Part shown: piece by piece, positions 7,317 through 16,686 of the stretch | Layout of the letters: each line of letters begins with the position of its first letter | Position numbering within the stretch: position 1 is the first letter of the stretch | NCBI GenBank assembly: GCA_963675515.1 | Contig: OY776328.1 | Span: 1,320,001 to 1,352,000 of the forward strand | Length of the DNA: 32,000 nt | Reading direction: 5' to 3' | Source: Coprobacillaceae bacterium | Lineage (GTDB): Bacteria; Bacillota_I; Bacilli_A; Erysipelotrichales; Coprobacillaceae | Position numbers and translations under genes: made by a program | The notes under the pieces: model-generated | What the model was told of the DNA's origin: nothing | The model's database searches: none | What the model saw: only the letters and a program-made list of their open reading frames with translations

Positions 7317-7754
7317 ATGGAAGACAGGAAAATCACGGTTTTGTTCATATGTGGAGCCAATTCATTCCGTTCGCAAGTGGCGGTAACGCTGCTAAATGGT
7401 AAATACGGAGATCGTTTCATCGGGGAGAGTGCGGGATACAATAACAAACCGATCAACCTTATGGCCATCAAGGCAATGGCCCAATATGGCTACGATATCG
7501 CAAACAACCCGTCGAACCGGATCATCGATATCTTCAATCAGGGGCGGGTCTATGACTATGTGATCACGGTGTGCAACGAAAAAGAAGAGAATGACTGTCC
7601 GGTGTTTCCGGGTTCTTCTTTCAAGTTGCACTGGCGCGAATTCCCCAATCCTGAAAATTACGAGGGTGACGAAACCCAAAAGTTCGGTCAGGCCAAGTAC
7701 CTGATTGAAGCCATGGAAAAAAAGATCGATGCCTTTGTGGAAACGGTGGAATAA
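7317..7754 (+). CDS. Arsenate reductase (thioredoxin-coupled ArsC) / low-molecular-weight phosphotyrosine phosphatase family protein
   Basis: GAGGAGGTGA RBS. CX5R(S) P-loop FICGANSFRS. Two downstream Cys in VITVCNEKEENDCPVFPG, as in Gram-positive ArsC. No arsR or arsB nearby, so the substrate is uncertain. Confidence 0.8.
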   Translation: MEDRKITVLFICGANSFRSQVAVTLLNGKYGDRFIGESAGYNNKPINLMAIKAMAQYGYDIANNPSNRIIDIFNQGRVYDYVITVCNEKEENDCPVFPGSSFKLHWREFPNPENYEGDETQKFGQAKYLIEAMEKKIDAFVETVE

Positions 7755-7767
7755 ACAGTAAAACAAA

Positions 7768-8094
7768 ATGTCATTATCGGATATTGGTTTAGGAATGTGG
7801 CAGGTTGCGAATACACTGTTGAGTGAAAATACAATGGCCAGTGCATCTTTGAGAGTGCGGGATATAAAGTCGCTCCAGCCAATCGGTTATGAAAACATCG
7901 CGGAATGCAAAAAAAGCTAAGAGTTGGCCTGGCCGGTTTTTCCTCGGTCCGTTTGTCAGGTTTTGCTGGCCGATATAGCAATCCCTGAAAATTGCCAGGG
8001 CGATGATGACGAAAAACTCTTTCAGGCTCAAGCACTGGTCGAATCAATGGCAAAATGGATCGACGCTTTTAAAACAGTGAGACAAATCAAGTGA
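7768..8094 (+). pseudogene. Degraded tandem paralog of the ArsC/LMW-PTP-like gene
   Basis: Pieces align to the intact copy: WQVANTLL vs SQVAVTLL (frame 1); KYNGQCIFESAGYKVAPANRL vs KYGDRFIGESAGYNNKPINLM (frame 3); WPVFPRS...PENCQGDDDEKLFQAQALVESMAKWIDAF vs CPVFPGS...PENYEGDETQKFGQAKYLIEAMEKKIDAF (frame 1). The P-loop Cys and Arg are lost, there is an in-frame TAA at 7918-7920, and the middle is deleted. Confidence 0.6.
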
Positions 8095-8104
8095 ATTCCG
8101 TTTT

Positions 8105-8130
8105 AGCCGCTCCTTATGGGGCGGTTTTTT
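8105..8130 (+). terminator. Rho-independent terminator
   Basis: GCCGCTCC-TTAT-GGGGCGG followed by TTTTTT. Confidence 0.65.
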
Positions 8131-8230
8131 AATGTTTCATTTGATCTTTTTACGATAATTACTATCAAGCTGGCCATTCAATACTGCCGATTGGGCATGG
8201 ATTACTTTTTCCAATTGGCCTGAAACCCGG

Positions 8231-8355
8231 GTTAATGACAATTGTCAACTGGTGTTAATGACAAAAGTTATCATATATTAAGCACAATTATCATTAAATA
8301 ATATAGTCTATTAATCTTTAATGATAACTTATCATAAAACCAACTAATTTATCAT
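8231..8355 (+). promoter_or_regulatory. Candidate operator array upstream of the ula-like operon
   Basis: GTTAATGACAA occurs twice (8231 and 8254). TTATCAT occurs at 8268, 8288, 8329 and 8349, with an inverted copy at 8321 that forms the palindrome ATGATAAcTTATCAT (8321-8335). Spacing is about 20-21 bp or multiples of it. Confidence 0.45.
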
Positions 8356-8364
8356 TTGTAAGCG

Positions 8365-8393
8365 TTGAACATTCATAAAATCTGGAGTATGAT
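8365..8393 (+). promoter_or_regulatory. Candidate sigma-A promoter of the ula-like operon
   Basis: TTGAAC (8365-8370), 17 nt spacer, TATGAT (8388-8393), about 70 nt upstream of ulaG. Confidence 0.5.
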
Positions 8394-8464
8394 TGATATG
8401 TAAAAGATAGATTAGTTGCAACGATCTAAAAATTCGAAACTAAAACAGGAGAAAGATAAACATT

Positions 8465-9529
8465 ATGGGTAAAGTTCAAAATATCACAAGAGAATCATGG
8501 ATCTTAAGTACGTTTCCGGAATGGGGAAGCTGGTTGAATGAGGAAATCGACGAAGAAGTAGTCAAATCAAACACCATCGCGATGTGGTGGTTGGGATGTG
8601 TGGGGCTTTGGTTGAAATCACCTGAAGGCTGCAACATCTCGGTTGACTTGTGGGCTGGAAGCGGCAAGCAGACAAAGAAAAACAAGCTTATGGCGGCCGG
8701 GCATCAGATGGCCAACATGTGCGGTGGCCGCAAGCTTCAACCGAACCTGAGAAATTCGGTATCGGTAATCGATCCTTTCAAGATCACCCAGCTCGATGCG
8801 GTGCTGGCAACTCATTATCATCATGATCATATGGATCCAAACCTTTGCGCGGCGGTCCTGCAAAACCTTGATGAAAACATCCCATTCATCGGTCCTAAAT
8901 ATGCGGTTCGCGACTGGATCTCTTGGGGGGTCCCTGAAGATCGTTGCCAGATCGTCAAGCCTGGTGATGTGATCAAGATCAAGGACATCGAAATCGTTGT
9001 TCTCGAATCGTTCGATAGGACATGTCTGGTTACAACCGATGGGGTACAGGATATCCGCGGCACTTGTCCTGACGACATGGATGAAAAAGCGGTCAACTTC
9101 CTGTTCAAGACACCTGGAGGCAACATCTACCACTCAGGCGATAGCCACTATTCGATCTACTATGCAAAACATGGAAAAGACCACAAAATCGACGTGGCAT
9201 TCGGTTCATACGGGGAAAACCCGGTCGGTCTCCAAGACAAGATGACTTCAGTTGACATCCTGAGAATGGCTGAAGCGCTCAAATGTGAAGTAGTTGTACC
9301 AATCCATTGGGATATCTGGACGAACATGACCCCAGACCTCTATGAAATCGAGCTGCTCTACAATTTCAAAAAACCACGCAACAAATACAAGTTCAAACCG
9401 TTTTTCTGGCAAGTCGGTGGCAAATATGTCTATCCAACTGACAAGGAAATCACTCATTTCCATTTCGATCGCGGTTTCGATGACTGCTTCGATGAGGAAC
9501 CGAACGTTCCATTCACTTCAATATTATAG
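8465..9529 (+). CDS. ulaG: L-ascorbate-6-phosphate lactonase (metallo-beta-lactamase fold)
   Basis: The N-terminus [22 protein letters not shown] and LQPNLR...[14 protein letters not shown] closely match my memory of E. coli UlaG. AGGAGAAAG RBS. Confidence 0.95.
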   Translation: MGKVQNITRESWILSTFPEWGSWLNEEIDEEVVKSNTIAMWWLGCVGLWLKSPEGCNISVDLWAGSGKQTKKNKLMAAGHQMANMCGGRKLQPNLRNSVSVIDPFKITQLDAVLATHYHHDHMDPNLCAAVLQNLDENIPFIGPKYAVRDWISWGVPEDRCQIVKPGDVIKIKDIEIVVLESFDRTCLVTTDGVQDIRGTCPDDMDEKAVNFLFKTPGGNIYHSGDSHYSIYYAKHGKDHKIDVAFGSYGENPVGLQDKMTSVDILRMAEALKCEVVVPIHWDIWTNMTPDLYEIELLYNFKKPRNKYKFKPFFWQVGGKYVYPTDKEITHFHFDRGFDDCFDEEPNVPFTSIL

Positions 9530-9538
9530 GGGAATATT

Positions 9539-9994
9539 ATGTTAAAAGAATTTGTCGAATCAAACCATTATAAATTCATTGAAAAGGCCGACAGCTGGCA
9601 GGATGCGATAAGACTCAGCTGCCAGGCATTGGAAGCCGATGGAACAATCGACGAGCGCTATGCGCAGTCTATAATCGATTGTGTAAACGAATATGGGCCA
9701 TACATCGTCATCATCCCGGATGTGGCGATGCCACATTCCACCCAGGGAGCTCTTGGCGTGACAAAAAGCGCCATCTCCTTCATGAAGGTGGAACAGCCGG
9801 TAGCCTTCGACGAGAACGACAGGGAAAAAGACGCGGTGTTGTTCTTCACATTGGCGGCGCTTGATCCGGACCAACATCTGGAAAATATGCAAAAACTGGT
9901 GGAACTGTTATCGAATGATGATGTGGTCGAAGCCTTGAAAAAGGCGAAAAGCCCGGAAGATTTATTGGAAATCCAAGCTAAATACATAGACTAA
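9539..9994 (+). CDS. ulaC: PTS EIIA component, ascorbate (L-Asc) family
   Basis: 151-aa PTS EIIA type-2 pattern with the phosphorylatable His in DVAMPHS. It sits in a ula context. Confidence 0.9.
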   Translation: MLKEFVESNHYKFIEKADSWQDAIRLSCQALEADGTIDERYAQSIIDCVNEYGPYIVIIPDVAMPHSTQGALGVTKSAISFMKVEQPVAFDENDREKDAVLFFTLAALDPDQHLENMQKLVELLSNDDVVEALKKAKSPEDLLEIQAKYID

Positions 9995-10013
9995 TACTAG
10001 GGAGAAAATTGAA

Positions 10014-11492
10014 ATGGAAATGTTTTTAACGATTTGGACATTCTTTGTCAACAACGTATTGACCAAGCCGCAATACTTTGTCGGTTTGATGGTTTTGATC
10101 GGTTACATGCTGCTTAGACACAAATGGTATGACACATTGGCTGGGGTCATCAAGGCAGTTGTCGGATTCATGATCTTGCAGGTCGGTTCGGGAGGATTGG
10201 TTACCAACTTCCGTCCGGTACTGGTAGGTTTGAAAGACAAGTTCCAGCTTGATGCGATGGTCATCGACCCATACTTCGGGCAAAATGCCGTCGATGCCGG
10301 TGTTGGGGAAGTCTTCGGCCGGACTTTCGGGGACGTAATGTTCCTGTTGCTTATCGCCTTTATCGTGAATATCCTGGTTGTCCGTTTTTCAAGAATAACC
10401 AAGATGCGCGCGCTCTTCACTACCGGACACGTCCAAGTGCAACAGGCGGCAACAGCTTTCTGGTTGATTCTGTTTGCCTTACCTTTTCTTAACAACACGA
10501 TGCTTCTTGTCGTGATGGCGATCGTTTTGGGTCTTTATTGGGCAGTCGGGGCAAACCTGACAGTTGAGCCAACCCAGGATCTTACTGAAGGGGCTGGTTT
10601 CTGTATTGCCCATCAACAGATGTTTGGTATCTGGGCTGTTGCCAAGATTGCCGATAAAATGGGCCGGAAATCCGGCAAAGTCCGCCGGATGGAAGACATC
10701 GAATTACCAGGTTTCATGTCTATCTTCAATGAAAACTTGGTATCTACCGCTTTATTGATGACCATCTTCTTTGGTGCAATCCTGGTTATCTTAGGTCAGG
10801 ATTACCTGATTGGTGCCGGCTTCATGACTGAAGGTCAATCATTCCTGTTCTACATTCTTGATGTATGTTTGAAATTCTCGGTTTACCTGACTGTGCTGCA
10901 ATTGGGGGTACGTACGTTCGTTACCGAACTTACAGCTTCATTCCAAGGTATCGCTGACAAATTATTGCCAGGTGCTGTACCAGGTGTCGACTGTGCGGTT
11001 GCATACGGTTTCGGATCACCAAATGCGGTTCCTGTAGGATTCCTGGCTGGTGCTTTGGGACAATTCCTTGCCATCATCGGTCTGATCGTCTTGAAATCAC
11101 CGACTATCGTTATCGCGGGATTCGTTCCAGTATTCTTCGACAACGCAACTCTGGCAGTCTATGCCAACAACAAAGGCGGATTCAAAGCCGCAATCATCCT
11201 GCCATTCTTTGCCGGGATCATCCAGGTATTGGGTTCGGCGTTGATTGCAACATTCGTCGGAATGTCAGCTTATGGCGGTTATTTGGGAATGCTTGACTGG
11301 GCGACTATCTGGCCAGGTATCACTTTCGTATTGAAATATCTTGGTATGGCGGGTATCGCGATCATCATCATTGTGTTCGTGGCAATTCCGCAACTGCAAT
11401 ACCGTGCCAACAAGGAAGGTTACTTCAAGTGTACCGAAGATTATGATGAATATGCCCGTTTGAAAGCGGAGAAAGAAGCACAAAGAGGATAA
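10014..11492 (+). CDS. ulaA: PTS EIIC permease, ascorbate (UlaA/SgaT) family
   Basis: 492-aa polytopic protein between EIIA and the other ula genes. The N-terminus (F..NVL..P.....L..LIGY.L) is typical of UlaA/SgaT. Confidence 0.9.
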   Translation: MEMFLTIWTFFVNNVLTKPQYFVGLMVLIGYMLLRHKWYDTLAGVIKAVVGFMILQVGSGGLVTNFRPVLVGLKDKFQLDAMVIDPYFGQNAVDAGVGEVFGRTFGDVMFLLLIAFIVNILVVRFSRITKMRALFTTGHVQVQQAATAFWLILFALPFLNNTMLLVVMAIVLGLYWAVGANLTVEPTQDLTEGAGFCIAHQQMFGIWAVAKIADKMGRKSGKVRRMEDIELPGFMSIFNENLVSTALLMTIFFGAILVILGQDYLIGAGFMTEGQSFLFYILDVCLKFSVYLTVLQLGVRTFVTELTASFQGIADKLLPGAVPGVDCAVAYGFGSPNAVPVGFLAGALGQFLAIIGLIVLKSPTIVIAGFVPVFFDNATLAVYANNKGGFKAAIILPFFAGIIQVLGSALIATFVGMSAYGGYLGMLDWATIWPGITFVLKYLGMAGIAIIIIVFVAIPQLQYRANKEGYFKCTEDYDEYARLKAEKEAQRG

Positions 11493-11495
11493 CAA

Positions 11496-12149
11496 ATGAA
11501 ATTTTTCGTCGATACTGCCAACGTGGCAGACATAAAAAAAGCCAACGATATGGGAGTGATTTGTGGGGTGACCACAAATCCTTCCCTGATCGCCAAAGAG
11601 GGGCGCGACTTCAATGAAGTCATCAAGGAAATCACATCGATTGTCGATGGACCGATTTCCGGAGAAGTCAAAGCGACAACCGAAGATGCCCCTACCATGA
11701 TTCAAGAGGGTGAGGCAATCGCCGCCATCCATGAAAACATGGTCGTGAAGGTTCCAATGACGGTTGAGGGACTTAAAGCCTGCAAGACGTTAAGTCAAAA
11801 AGGGATCAAGGTCAACATGACCCTTATCTTCACCGCAAACCAGGCCTTGCTTGCGGCCAGAGCCGGAGCCACCTACGTATCGCCGTTTCTGGGACGTCTT
11901 GATGACATTTCCAATGACGGAATGGTCCTTATCCGCGACATTGTGACCATCTTCGATGTTCATGGAATCGAGGCCGAAATAATCGCCGCATCGGTGCGCC
12001 ACCCGATCCATGTGCTCGAATGTGCCAAAGCTGGAGCCCATATCGCGACCGTGCCATATGGCGTGATCGAACAAATGACAAAACACCCTTTAACTGATAT
12101 TGGAATTGAAAAATTCAAGAAAGACTATCTAGCAGTATTCAAAGACTAA
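11496..12149 (+). CDS. tal: Transaldolase (short, subfamily 3B type)
   Basis: [15 protein letters not shown]...GVTTNPSL. It carries the transaldolase-type Glu (ISGEVKA) and Phe ([11 protein letters not shown]) at the positions where FSA aldolases have Gln and Tyr. Confidence 0.9.
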   Translation: MKFFVDTANVADIKKANDMGVICGVTTNPSLIAKEGRDFNEVIKEITSIVDGPISGEVKATTEDAPTMIQEGEAIAAIHENMVVKVPMTVEGLKACKTLSQKGIKVNMTLIFTANQALLAARAGATYVSPFLGRLDDISNDGMVLIRDIVTIFDVHGIEAEIIAASVRHPIHVLECAKAGAHIATVPYGVIEQMTKHPLTDIGIEKFKKDYLAVFKD

Positions 12150-12164
12150 AAGGAGAAAACTAAA

Positions 12165-12455
12165 ATGAAAATTATTGTATGTTGTGCTAATGGAGCAGGT
12201 TCAAGTCTGATGTTGAAAATGGCTACGCAAAAAGCGACCAAAGCATTGAATATCCCAGTGGAAAAATTGCACCACTGCCCGATCTCGGAAGCGAAAACAG
12301 CCGCTAGCGGTTATGATCTGGTTCTCACCAGCAATGCCTTTGTGGAAATGTTCGCACCGCTTAGAGAAAAAGGCGTTATGGTCATCGGACTTAAGAACGT
12401 CATGTCCGCCAAAGAAATCGAAGACAAACTTAAAGAAGCTGGTTTAGGCCGGTAA
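12165..12455 (+). CDS. ulaB: PTS EIIB component, ascorbate family
   Basis: 96 aa, with the active-site Cys in the N-terminal MKIIVCCANGAGSS loop. Confidence 0.85.
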   Translation: MKIIVCCANGAGSSLMLKMATQKATKALNIPVEKLHHCPISEAKTAASGYDLVLTSNAFVEMFAPLREKGVMVIGLKNVMSAKEIEDKLKEAGLGR

Positions 12456-12486
12456 AAAGAGGTCACAATTGCTAGGGGGTTAGCAT

Positions 12487-13266
12487 ATGAAAAACACAAA
12501 AGAATCAGTAAACAAACGCCGCGAGAACATCTACCGGATGATCGAGGAAAATGGCGACATCAAGGTCGAGGAACTCATGGAGCTCGTCGATGCTTCGCCG
12601 CTGACGATCAGGCGTGATCTGCAGTATCTAGAATCCAAGAACAAGATTGAACGCTATTATGGCGGGGTCAGGCTCAACGGGATGTCGCTGATTCAGGAAG
12701 TCACCGACGAGGATGCCATCCACAAACAACTTATCGGCCAAAAAGCTGCCGAGTATGTCGAGGACGGGGACACTATCTTCATCAACACCTCGTCAACGGC
12801 CCTTGCGATCATGCCTTATATCACCGCCAAGAGAGTTACAGTGGTAACTAATAACGGAAATGTGATCAATACCCCATATCGATCAGACGTCACCGTTATC
12901 CTGGTGGGAGGCGAGCTGCGCCATGTCAAAGGGACGATGGTGGGCGATTTCGCCCTGGACAACATCAGGAAGGTTGCCGCAAACAAGTGTTTTCTTGGAT
13001 GCAGCGGCTTTTCTAGCGACTATGGGATGACTACGGCCATCCTGAGCGAAGTTGTCTTGAACCAGGCCTTCGCCGCCCAGACTGAAGGGGCGGTCATCCT
13101 GATGGCAACAGGCGATAAGATCGGCAAGAAGTCCTCGTTTCTCTCGGAAAAAATCGAACGGTTCGACGTGGTTATCACTGACGAATTCGCTGACAAGAAT
13201 GAAATCGAGAAATTTCAGGAACAGAATCTGATAGTCGATTTGGTTTCACGAAAGGATAAAAAATGA
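12487..13266 (+). CDS. DeoR/GlpR-family transcriptional regulator (UlaR-like)
   Basis: N-terminal wHTH (IKVEELMELVDASPLTIRRDLQYLE) and a DeoR C-terminal sugar-phosphate sensor domain. It is embedded inside the operon. Confidence 0.9.
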   Translation: MKNTKESVNKRRENIYRMIEENGDIKVEELMELVDASPLTIRRDLQYLESKNKIERYYGGVRLNGMSLIQEVTDEDAIHKQLIGQKAAEYVEDGDTIFINTSSTALAIMPYITAKRVTVVTNNGNVINTPYRSDVTVILVGGELRHVKGTMVGDFALDNIRKVAANKCFLGCSGFSSDYGMTTAILSEVVLNQAFAAQTEGAVILMATGDKIGKKSSFLSEKIERFDVVITDEFADKNEIEKFQEQNLIVDLVSRKDKK

Positions 13267-14303
13267 AAGCTGTAAAATACAACAAATACGAACTTAACAA
13301 GTGCTATTCCATAGCGCCGTTGAAATACAATAATGAAGACTACATTTTAGTAGCCGCCGAAAAGCAGGATGAATGTCTGCTTTTTGATTTGGCTGGAAAT
13401 CTGGTCGACACCATCTGGGAAGGTCCCGGGGGAACGATGTCGATGGTCCAGATCCCTGGAAGCAACGGGGTTTTCCTGGCAACCCAGAAGTTCTATTCGC
13501 CCAACGATTCCAAACAGGCCAAGATTGTCGTGGTGTCTCCTAAAGGAAAGGGTTGGGATGTCAAAACCCTCGTCGAACTGCCTTTTGTCCACCGCTTCGA
13601 TATTCTCACTTACAACAACGCCAATTACCTGATTGCCTGCACCTTGAAATCGGATCATGAATTCAAGGACGACTGGAACCATCCCGGGAAGATCCTGGTA
13701 GCCAAACTGCCGGATGATCTTGGCGGATATGATGAAACAAGCCAGCTTGAACTGAGCGTCATCAAGAGCGGTCTGCTCAAGAATCACGGGTATTCGAAGA
13801 TTGCCAGCCAATATGGCCAGGTGGCCCTGGTTGGAGCCAATGAGGGCATCTTCAAGATAATCCCGCCTTACATGGATGACGAGGAGTGGAACATCATTCC
13901 GCTTTACAACCAGCCCGTTTCGGACATGGTAATGGGTGATCTCGACGGTGATGGCAAAGATGAAATCGTTATCGCTACACCATTCCATGGTGATGATGTC
14001 AAGGTCCTCAAACTGATTGATGGGAACTATCAGGAAGTCTATCAGGTTCCGTTCCCGATGGAATTCACCCACTCATTGTGGGCGGGCGAAATCTATGGCA
14101 AGTTGATGGCGATCATCGGCCATCGCCAGGGTGAACGCAATATCGTAAAAATATCCTATGAAAACGATCAATACCAGACTGAAATTCTCGATGAAAATGT
14201 CGGAAGTGCCAATATCTACCTTTATGAAGTTGCCGGCGAAATGAGAATGGTTTCCACAAACAGGGAAATCGACGAGATCGGCTTCTATCGGTTCGAACGA
14301 TGA
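13263..14303 (+). CDS. Uncharacterised protein, predicted beta-propeller with one FG-GAP/Ca-binding-like loop
   Basis: ATGA start/stop overlaps at both ends (13263-13266 and 14300-14303). About 7 repeats of hydrophobic beta-strand blocks and a DLDGDGKDEIVIATPF motif. No signal peptide or TM segment. I recognise no family. Confidence 0.85.
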   Translation: MKAVKYNKYELNKCYSIAPLKYNNEDYILVAAEKQDECLLFDLAGNLVDTIWEGPGGTMSMVQIPGSNGVFLATQKFYSPNDSKQAKIVVVSPKGKGWDVKTLVELPFVHRFDILTYNNANYLIACTLKSDHEFKDDWNHPGKILVAKLPDDLGGYDETSQLELSVIKSGLLKNHGYSKIASQYGQVALVGANEGIFKIIPPYMDDEEWNIIPLYNQPVSDMVMGDLDGDGKDEIVIATPFHGDDVKVLKLIDGNYQEVYQVPFPMEFTHSLWAGEIYGKLMAIIGHRQGERNIVKISYENDQYQTEILDENVGSANIYLYEVAGEMRMVSTNREIDEIGFYRFER

Positions 14304-15166
14304 GAAACGACAAACAATATGCCCTGGGAGTTTATGAAAAGGCACTTCCCAATGAACTCTCGATTGTTGAAAAACTGGAAGCGGCAAAAATAGCTGGATA
14401 TGATTTTATGGAACTGTCGGTCGACGAGACTGATGAGAAGCTGGATCGTCTTGAATGGACACCAATCCAGCGCAAGACCATAAAGGATGCGATCCAAAAG
14501 ATCGGTGTGCCCATCGAGACCATGTGTCTTAGCGGCCATCGCAAATATCCGTTGGGATCCAATGATCCCAAGATCGTAGCCCGTTCGCTTGAAATAATGG
14601 AAAAGGCCATCGATCTGGCAAGTGACCTTGGCATCAAAATCATCCAGCTGGCGGGCTACGATGTCTACTACGAAGAGTCAAGCGAGGAAACGAAAGAACG
14701 GTTTGGCAACAATCTTAAAATTTGCGTCGACATGGCGGCCAAACGGGGTGTCATCCTGGGCTTCGAGACGATGGAGACCGAGTTCATGAACACCGTAGCC
14801 AAGGCGATGGAATATGTGAACATGGTTGATTCGCCATATCTTCATGTCTATCCCGACTGCGGCAATCTAAAAAACGCTTCAGTGACATACAAGACCGATG
14901 TCTACGATGATATCAGATCCGGCAAAGGTCACCTGGTGGCAATGCATCTAAAAGAAACCGTACCCGGAGTATTCCGCGAAGTTCCTTATGGCAGTGGCCA
15001 TATCGATTTTGAGGCCATGATTGATGTGGCCTGGGAAATGGGAGTCCGACGGTTTGTAAGCGAGTTCTGGTACGTCGACAGTCTCGACTATCAAGGCGAC
15101 CTCAATGAGGTGCGACAAATGTTCGGAGCATTGCTTGACAATAAAACGGAGGAAACTTTATGTTAG
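14300..15166 (+). CDS. ulaE: L-ribulose-5-phosphate 3-epimerase (L-xylulose-5-P 3-epimerase), TIM-barrel
   Basis: LGVYEKALP...[12 protein letters not shown]...RLEW...[13 protein letters not shown]...[11 protein letters not shown] is the UlaE/SgbU pattern. Confidence 0.9.
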   Translation: MRNDKQYALGVYEKALPNELSIVEKLEAAKIAGYDFMELSVDETDEKLDRLEWTPIQRKTIKDAIQKIGVPIETMCLSGHRKYPLGSNDPKIVARSLEIMEKAIDLASDLGIKIIQLAGYDVYYEESSEETKERFGNNLKICVDMAAKRGVILGFETMETEFMNTVAKAMEYVNMVDSPYLHVYPDCGNLKNASVTYKTDVYDDIRSGKGHLVAMHLKETVPGVFREVPYGSGHIDFEAMIDVAWEMGVRRFVSEFWYVDSLDYQGDLNEVRQMFGALLDNKTEETLC

Positions 15167-15849
15167 AAGAATTGAAGAAAATAGTATATGAAGCCAACAT
15201 GGAGCTTCCAAGATATAATCTTGTCACCTTTACCTGGGGCAATGTCAGCGCCATCGACCGGGACAAGAACCTGATCGTCATCAAGCCCAGCGGGGTCGAT
15301 TACGACAAGCTGAACGTGGATGATATGGTGGTGGTCGACCTTGATGGCAAGGTGGTCGAGGGTAGATACAACCCAAGTTCGGATACCCTGACCCATATCG
15401 AACTGTATAAGGCATTTGACAATATCGGTGGCGTGGTCCACACCCATTCGCCATGGGCGACATCATGGGCTCAGGCGGGACGCGATATCCCTTGTTATGG
15501 GACCACCCATGCCGACTACCTGTATGGCGAAGTGCCATGCGTGCGCAACCTTTCCAATGATGAGATCGATGAAGGTTATGAAATGAACACCGGGAAGATC
15601 ATCGTGGCGGAATTCGCCAACCGCGACTGCGAAGCGATGCCGGCGGTCATCTGCAAGAATCATGGCCCTTTCACCTGGGGCAAGGATGCCATGGATGCGG
15701 TCCACAATGCCGTGGTTCTTGAAGAAGTTGCCAAAATGGCATGCCAAACGGAAATGATCAACAGTCATGTTCAAAAAGCGCCGCAAGTGCTCCAGGACAA
15801 GCACTATTTCCGCAAACATGGCGCAAACGCCTATTATGGACAGAAGTGA
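15160..15849 (+). CDS. ulaF: L-ribulose-5-phosphate 4-epimerase (class II aldolase fold)
   Basis: [30 protein letters not shown]...IKPSGVDYD...VVHTHS is the AraD/UlaF pattern. It overlaps the ulaE stop by 7 nt. Confidence 0.9.
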   Translation: MLEELKKIVYEANMELPRYNLVTFTWGNVSAIDRDKNLIVIKPSGVDYDKLNVDDMVVVDLDGKVVEGRYNPSSDTLTHIELYKAFDNIGGVVHTHSPWATSWAQAGRDIPCYGTTHADYLYGEVPCVRNLSNDEIDEGYEMNTGKIIVAEFANRDCEAMPAVICKNHGPFTWGKDAMDAVHNAVVLEEVAKMACQTEMINSHVQKAPQVLQDKHYFRKHGANAYYGQK

Positions 15850-15859
15850 GGAGAATTGA

Positions 15860-16684
15860 ATGAACAATCATGATTTGAAAATCGCAGCCAACCAGATCCG
15901 CCAGTCGATCGTCCAGATGGTCCACTGTGCGAGTTCCGGACATCCCGGGGGATCGCTTTCGGCTGCCGACATACTGACTTATCTGTATTTTGTGGAGATG
16001 AATATCGACCCGAAGAACCCCAAGATGGAAGAGCGTGACCGGTTCGTCCTTTCCAAAGGGCACGTGACCCCGGCCTACTACTCTACTCTGGCCCAGCGCG
16101 GTTATTTCGATATCGCCGAGCTGGAAACATTCCGCAAGGTGGGCAGCCGCCTGCAAGGTCACCCGGCGATGCAATATATCGCGGGTATCGACATGTCTTC
16201 GGGTTCGCTGGGCCAAGGTCTCTCGACTGCGGTGGGAATGGCCAAAGCCCTGAAAATGGATGGCAAGCCCAACCGGGTCTACGCCCTTTGCGGGGACGGG
16301 GAACTTCAGGAAGGTCAGATCTGGGAAGCGTCAATGTTTGCCGGTTCGAACCTGCTTGACAACCTGACGGTAATCGTCGACAACAACAATCTCCAGATCG
16401 ACGGGACAATCGAGGAGGTCAACTCGCCTTACCCGATCGACAAGAAATTCGAAGCCTTCAATTTCCACGTGATCGTTATCGACGGTCACAACTTCGATGA
16501 AATCGCCGCGGCCTTCAAGGAAGCGCGCGAAACCAAGTGCCGGCCAACCGCGATCATCGCCAAGACAATCAAAGGCAAAGGCGTGTCGTTCATGGAAGAC
16601 AATCCGGCCTGGCATGGGACTGCGCCAAATGCGGAGCAATGTCAGCAGGCCCTGGCAGATCTCAAGAAAGTCGAGGTGGAGTAA
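15860..16684 (+). CDS. Transketolase, N-terminal (TPP-binding) subunit of a split enzyme
   Basis: GHPGGSLS, SKGH, GSLGQGLS and GDGELQEGQIWEA motifs. Confidence 0.95.
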   Translation: MNNHDLKIAANQIRQSIVQMVHCASSGHPGGSLSAADILTYLYFVEMNIDPKNPKMEERDRFVLSKGHVTPAYYSTLAQRGYFDIAELETFRKVGSRLQGHPAMQYIAGIDMSSGSLGQGLSTAVGMAKALKMDGKPNRVYALCGDGELQEGQIWEASMFAGSNLLDNLTVIVDNNNLQIDGTIEEVNSPYPIDKKFEAFNFHVIVIDGHNFDEIAAAFKEARETKCRPTAIIAKTIKGKGVSFMEDNPAWHGTAPNAEQCQQALADLKKVEVE

Positions 16685-16686
16685 GT

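Noticed and set aside
7688-8053. Minus-strand ORFs of 121 aa and 80 aa downstream of the ArsC-like gene.
   Set aside because: They are antisense to the ArsC-like remnant, whose plus-strand pieces align to the intact paralog. There are no expression signals.
8357-8371. A cre-like (CcpA) site TGTAAGCGTTGAACA overlapping the -35 of the ula promoter.
   Set aside because: It equals the classic TGTAAGCGTTAACA only if one base (G) is deleted. In the fixed 14-mer register the last two positions mismatch. The resemblance is suggestive for a sugar operon, but I cannot support it as a functional cre without a scoring matrix or binding data.
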